Positions 60,135-64,000 of a DNA stretch of 64,000 bases are shown here, piece after piece. The notes below the pieces were generated by a model. That model made no database searches and was not told where the DNA came from. It saw only the letters and a program-made list of their open reading frames with translations. Numbering within the stretch: position 1 is the stretch's first letter; the number at the start of each line of letters is the position of its first letter. The stretch spans positions 15,748,001 to 15,812,000 of the forward strand of contig NC_045725.1 of NCBI RefSeq assembly GCF_009834535.1, read 5' to 3'. A program made the translations under genes and the position numbers. The stretch is from Camelus ferus. Lineage: Eukaryota.

Positions 60135-61269
60135 GTTTTAGCATTTTAAGTCCCACATCCTGAGAAATATCTCAGACCCAGGCAAACCCAGATGGTTGGT
60201 CACCCCAGCTGCTCTCCTTTCTCTCCTCCGGCCCAAATCTGATCATAGTTTAAAGCCTCCTTCAGGTCTTCCCAACCTCCCCAGCCCCCTTTGGGGAGTC
60301 CTTTGGTGTTTAGTTCTCCTCCCACTGAGCAGTCAAGTGGTGGCCACTTTCTTCACACATGGCTGCCTTCCAAGCTCACCTGGCTGATTGAGGCCGAGGA
60401 TTTTCCATAATGCCCAGGGCAACAATGGACACATAATTAGTACCGAAGGAAAAAAAAAAATCCTAGCGGAATTAATGACTGAATAAATGATTAACATCAC
60501 CTGGAGCAAATGCTGATAAGAGTATTTACTGGGAGCAGGCCCTGTTAGGTGCTGTAGGAAGTACATAAGTGAGTTTTAACTAAATAACTGAGTAATGAGA
60601 AGTACTGACTTGTAGTTCCAGGTAGAGGCCTGTGCTGCTGGTGATGTGAACAAAGATTAATCAAGGGATGCTGCTGATAACAGCAGTGGTACCCATAGCA
60701 GCAATGCCGCTCTGCTTCTGTAGGGCCTAAATTTACAAGCCTTCTTGTTCACATGTTCTCATTCCTCTGCCTCCCAGCAGACATTAGAGATATGCAAGAG
60801 GAGACGTGTTTGGCCCCATTTTAGAGGCAAGGAATGTGAGTCAGAAAAGTTCCACCAGTGATGATTGCATAGTCGGGGTCCAGAGCCACATCCAGGCTGC
60901 TGCTATATTTTGTGGTTTGCACGACATTCTAAACAACTGAACTGCATGACATTTAAAGATGGGGAGATTTTACCTAAATCTGGATTTCTGGTTCCTCCTG
61001 ACAAAATGGAAGATGTGGTATCCGTGGTCGTCCCTTTAGCTGAGGCACGGGCTTACATCTCCAGGACCTTCCTGGCCTGTGTTACTTGAGGCACCACAAT
61101 GAGGAGACCAGACAGGAAAGAAAATATCTCCAGTGCCAGAAGGCATGTGGTTGTAAGCATCCTTAGGACCCCAAACGTTGTCCTGTGTTTCAAGTGATCA
61201 AGAACACGCACAGGAGGAATGGCCGCATCTACCAAGGCACCTGCCCACCCCTTTCCCCTTTAGGAAAGT

Positions 61270-61777
61270 GGACCTTACCCTTGACCTCCCCCTCTCTGCC
61301 ATCACTGTCTCCCTCTCCCATCTAAGTGGCCAAGTCCCACATCAAACTTCTGATTTTTCCCTGATGACCTTTATCCTTCTATAAATGGCAGCTCCATTCT
61401 TCTAGTCATTCAGGCCAGAAACCTTGAAGTCTTTCTTGACACTCTCACCTGAGCAAACCTTGGCTTTGCCTCAGAAATATATAGTGAAGCTGCCTACTTC
61501 TGCTGGTCCCAGTGGTAGCTTCCTAACTGTTCATCCTGTTTCTACCACTGCCCTGCTGCTGTCTGCTCCCAGTGCTGCCACAGAAGGATTCTGTTAAAAT
61601 CATTCTGCTGAAATCATGCTCATCTGCTCAAAACCCCCTATGGCTTGCCAATGGAGTAAATCCATCGTCCCTAATGTGGGCCTGGCTACTCCTCCTTTTC
61701 TCCTCCACATTCAGCCTGTCCCAGCCATGAACCCCCCTCCCCCATCCACTGATCTTTGACTACAGTAAGCATATTAT
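61270..61777 (+). mobile_element. L2 fragment
   Basis: atggcagctccattcttctagtcattcaggccagaaaccttgaagtctttcttgac..ctgctcaaaaccccctatggcttgcc. Confidence 0.65.
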
Positions 61778-61791
61778 GGCCTGAGGTCTTT

Positions 61792-61839
61792 TTTTTTTTT
61801 TTTTAATTACTTTTGATGGGAGGAGGTAATTCGGCTTGC

Positions 61840-61874
<35 letters not shown>

Positions 61875-61959
61875 TCTTTAGAGGAGGTACTGAGGATTGA
61901 ACCCAGGACCTTGTGTATGCTAAGCATGCACTCTACCACTTGAGCTATACCCTCCCCCC
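61792..61959 (-). mobile_element. tRNA(Ala)-derived SINE with (TAAA)n
   Basis: Canonical head; perfect 14-bp TSD ggcctgaggtcttt at 61778-61791 and 61960-61973. Confidence 0.96.
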
Positions 61960-61989
61960 GGCCTGAGGTCTTTAAATTTGCTGGGGATT

Positions 61990-62500
61990 TCAGTTATCTA
62001 AGGGTGCTAACAGCTCACCCCAAAACGCAGTGGCTTAAAACCATAATAACAATCTATTATCACCTATGGTTTCTGTGGGATAGGAAACCAGGAGCAGCTT
62101 AGCTGGGTGGTTCTGGCTCATGGTACTTCACAGGATTATAGTCAGATGTTGGCAGGGGCCGAGGCATCTGAGGCTTGACTGGGATGGGGATCGACTTCCA
62201 AGGGGGCTCGCTCACATGGCTGGCCAGTTAGTGCTGGCTGTTGGCAGGAGGCCTCATTTCCTCTCCACGTGGGCCTCTCCATGGCTTTGCAGCAGGACGT
62301 CTTGAGAACGTGAAGGTTGGAGTCCCTCAGAGTAAAAACCACAAGAACAAGTGGAAGCTGCATGCCTTTTATGCCTTAGCCTCAGAAGTCACATACTGTC
62401 GCTTCTGTTGGATTCGATTGGTCCCATAGAGCTGCACAAGGTGTGCAACCAGGAAGCAGGGATCACTGGGGGCCATCTTGGAGGAGTGTCTGCCTGGGGT
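61990..62500 (-). mobile_element. MaLR MLT1F/G/H-like LTR
   Basis: taacagctcaccccaaaacgcagtggcttaaaac..agcagcttagctgggtggttctggctc..ccttagcctcagaagtcacatactgtc..ggggccatcttggag. Confidence 0.75.
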
Positions 62501-63293
62501 GCGCTTCCTTTAACAATTGCAGGGCTAACTTTACGTTTCCTTAGGATCCTTGTTCATATGTTCCTTATCAGAGAGGCCTTACAGACCATCCCTTGTAAAA
62601 TAACGCCCTGCCCTCGTCACGTTCTTATCCTGCTCTGATTTTCTTCACAGCACTGATCATACCTGGACAGTTTCTATTTCTTTGTTTCTTGTTCCTTATT
62701 TTCTGGCACTACAAGATGCTCCAGGCTCATCTTGTATATTTCTTGCCCCAGTCCTAATGTCTCTAAGGAGCCTTGGTTCCTTTCACTGGAGAAATTAGAA
62801 ATTTGTATAAGAAACCAAGATCTGGAAATACACTTTAAAAACTCCCACTTCTCCCCATTTCCTCAGCACCACCCTAATCTTGGGCACTACCTCCCTTTGT
62901 GGCAACCTGACAGCCACCAGGTGTACTGCCTCTGCCTTTGCTCTGCTCCTCCGTGCCTTCTCCTGCAGGCAGAAGCATTGTTCTAGGTCATAAATCTGAT
63001 CATGCCAACCTTTTAATGGACACCATTGCTTTCAGGTTAAATTTCAAACTCCTTTGCACCTTTCTTGACCTGGCCCCTGCCTACACTTCCAGCCTTATAT
63101 TTTCTTATTGCCCCAACTTGGAAGCTGTGCTCTAGACACATTGAATTTTCTTTATTTTCTGTGTCTTTACATTGGTCCAGACAGGACTTTCACACTATGG
63201 AGAGACAAATTCCTAGCCTAATGATTGCTGTGAAGTTAAAAAATGTCTCTTTCTCTTTTCTCTTGTTTGGAGCTGAAATATAAAAGGCCCCCT

Positions 63294-63688
63294 TGTAAGA
63301 TGAAAAGTGTGTATTTCATCTTTTCCCCTGGTTCCTGGCACACAGCTCCTAAGTCCCTTGGAATCTTCTGGGTAATAGGATTGTCTTTTGTTCTAACGAG
63401 GGCACTTCTGGTGGGCCCTTAGTTAGCTTCAGGATGGGGGCTGGTTACCAGAAAGACCAAGGCATGATTAGAGGGTCCACACTTTAAGCCCTGCCTTCTA
63501 ATCTCCAAGGAGCAAAGAGGGGCTGGAGATTGAACTAATCACCAACGACCAACGATTTTAATCAGTCAAGCCTATGTAATGAAACCTTCATAAAATCCCC
63601 TAAACAATGGGTTTTGAAGGCCTTCTGAGTTGGTAAACACATCAAAGTGCTGGGAGGGAGAGTGAGGTGCCTGGATAGGGCATGGAAA
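63294..63688. mobile_element. MER21-like LTR, interrupted at 63689
   Basis: cacacagctcctaagtcccttggaat..agcttcaggatgggggctggttaccagaaagaccaaggcatgattagaggg. Confidence 0.8.
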
Positions 63689-64000
63689 TGTTACCCCAAA
63701 AGGGAAAGGGAAAAGACCCCAGTTCTTGTCATACCTGAAAGAAAAGAATTCAGTCGGGGGATGGAGTGTTGTGTAGCAAAAGATTTTAAAGGATTTATTT
63801 AGAAAAAAAGTTTATACCTCCAGGAACACGAGGTGGGGTGATCCAAGGGAGGAAGAACGACGGTCTTTGTTTGCCCCTTCTCTTATTCCCTCACTTAGAG
63901 GTGGCCTTTTGATTGATTGATGGCTTGTCCCTGAAATGCTTAGTCATGTTTGTCCCCTTTGTGCATGTCCTTGCCCATGATGCGCACATTGGGGGGACAT
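63689..64000 (-). mobile_element. Second LTR inserted in the MER21-like LTR; runs off the window
   Basis: Abrupt TGTTACC start after ggcatggaaa; minus-strand AATAAA within the element (ggatttatttag on +). Confidence 0.6.

Noticed and set aside
7154-61959. tRNA-Ala genes suggested by repeated GGTATAGCTCAAGTGGTAGAGC..GGTTCAATCCCC motifs
   Set aside because: All 12 copies run into A-rich tails, many have TSDs, and they lack a proper acceptor-stem 3' strand, so they are SINEs.

Overview
Mammalian genomic DNA, most likely a camelid (alpaca/camel) draft assembly. The species call rests on 12 copies of a short tRNA(Ala)-like SINE of the camelid Vic-1 type and a shared young L1 3' end. There are five N-gaps. 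I recognise no intact protein-coding gene, tRNA/rRNA gene or CRISPR array; the window looks intergenic or deep-intronic and is dense in repeats (L1, L2, MIR, MaLR/ERVL/ERV1 LTRs, MER5/MER33 DNA transposons, an AT-rich ERV1-like internal remnant). Two processed pseudogenes lie on the minus strand. The first is a full-length MED25 retrocopy (8267-10542) bounded by a perfect 13-bp TSD. The second is a retrocopy of the TAF9 mRNA (about 37311-38580) that also carries the AK6/CINAP start codon and Walker A exons as its 5' leader, later interrupted by a SINE. The most notable observations: (1) the ACID-domain part of the dead MED25 copy is CpG-island-dense and shows strongly A/T->G/C-biased substitutions; (2) a G17 homopolymer sets the reading frame of that ACID segment; (3) a non-TE triplicated D-box/E-box module at about 26050-26190; (4) a non-TE 88-bp dispersed duplicate with an invariant 29-bp core; (5) twin solo LTRs of one family. 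Parent-gene comparisons and repeat family names come from my recall of the sequences, not from a database search, and boundaries of old repeats are approximate. I found no evidence for a novel multi-gene system.
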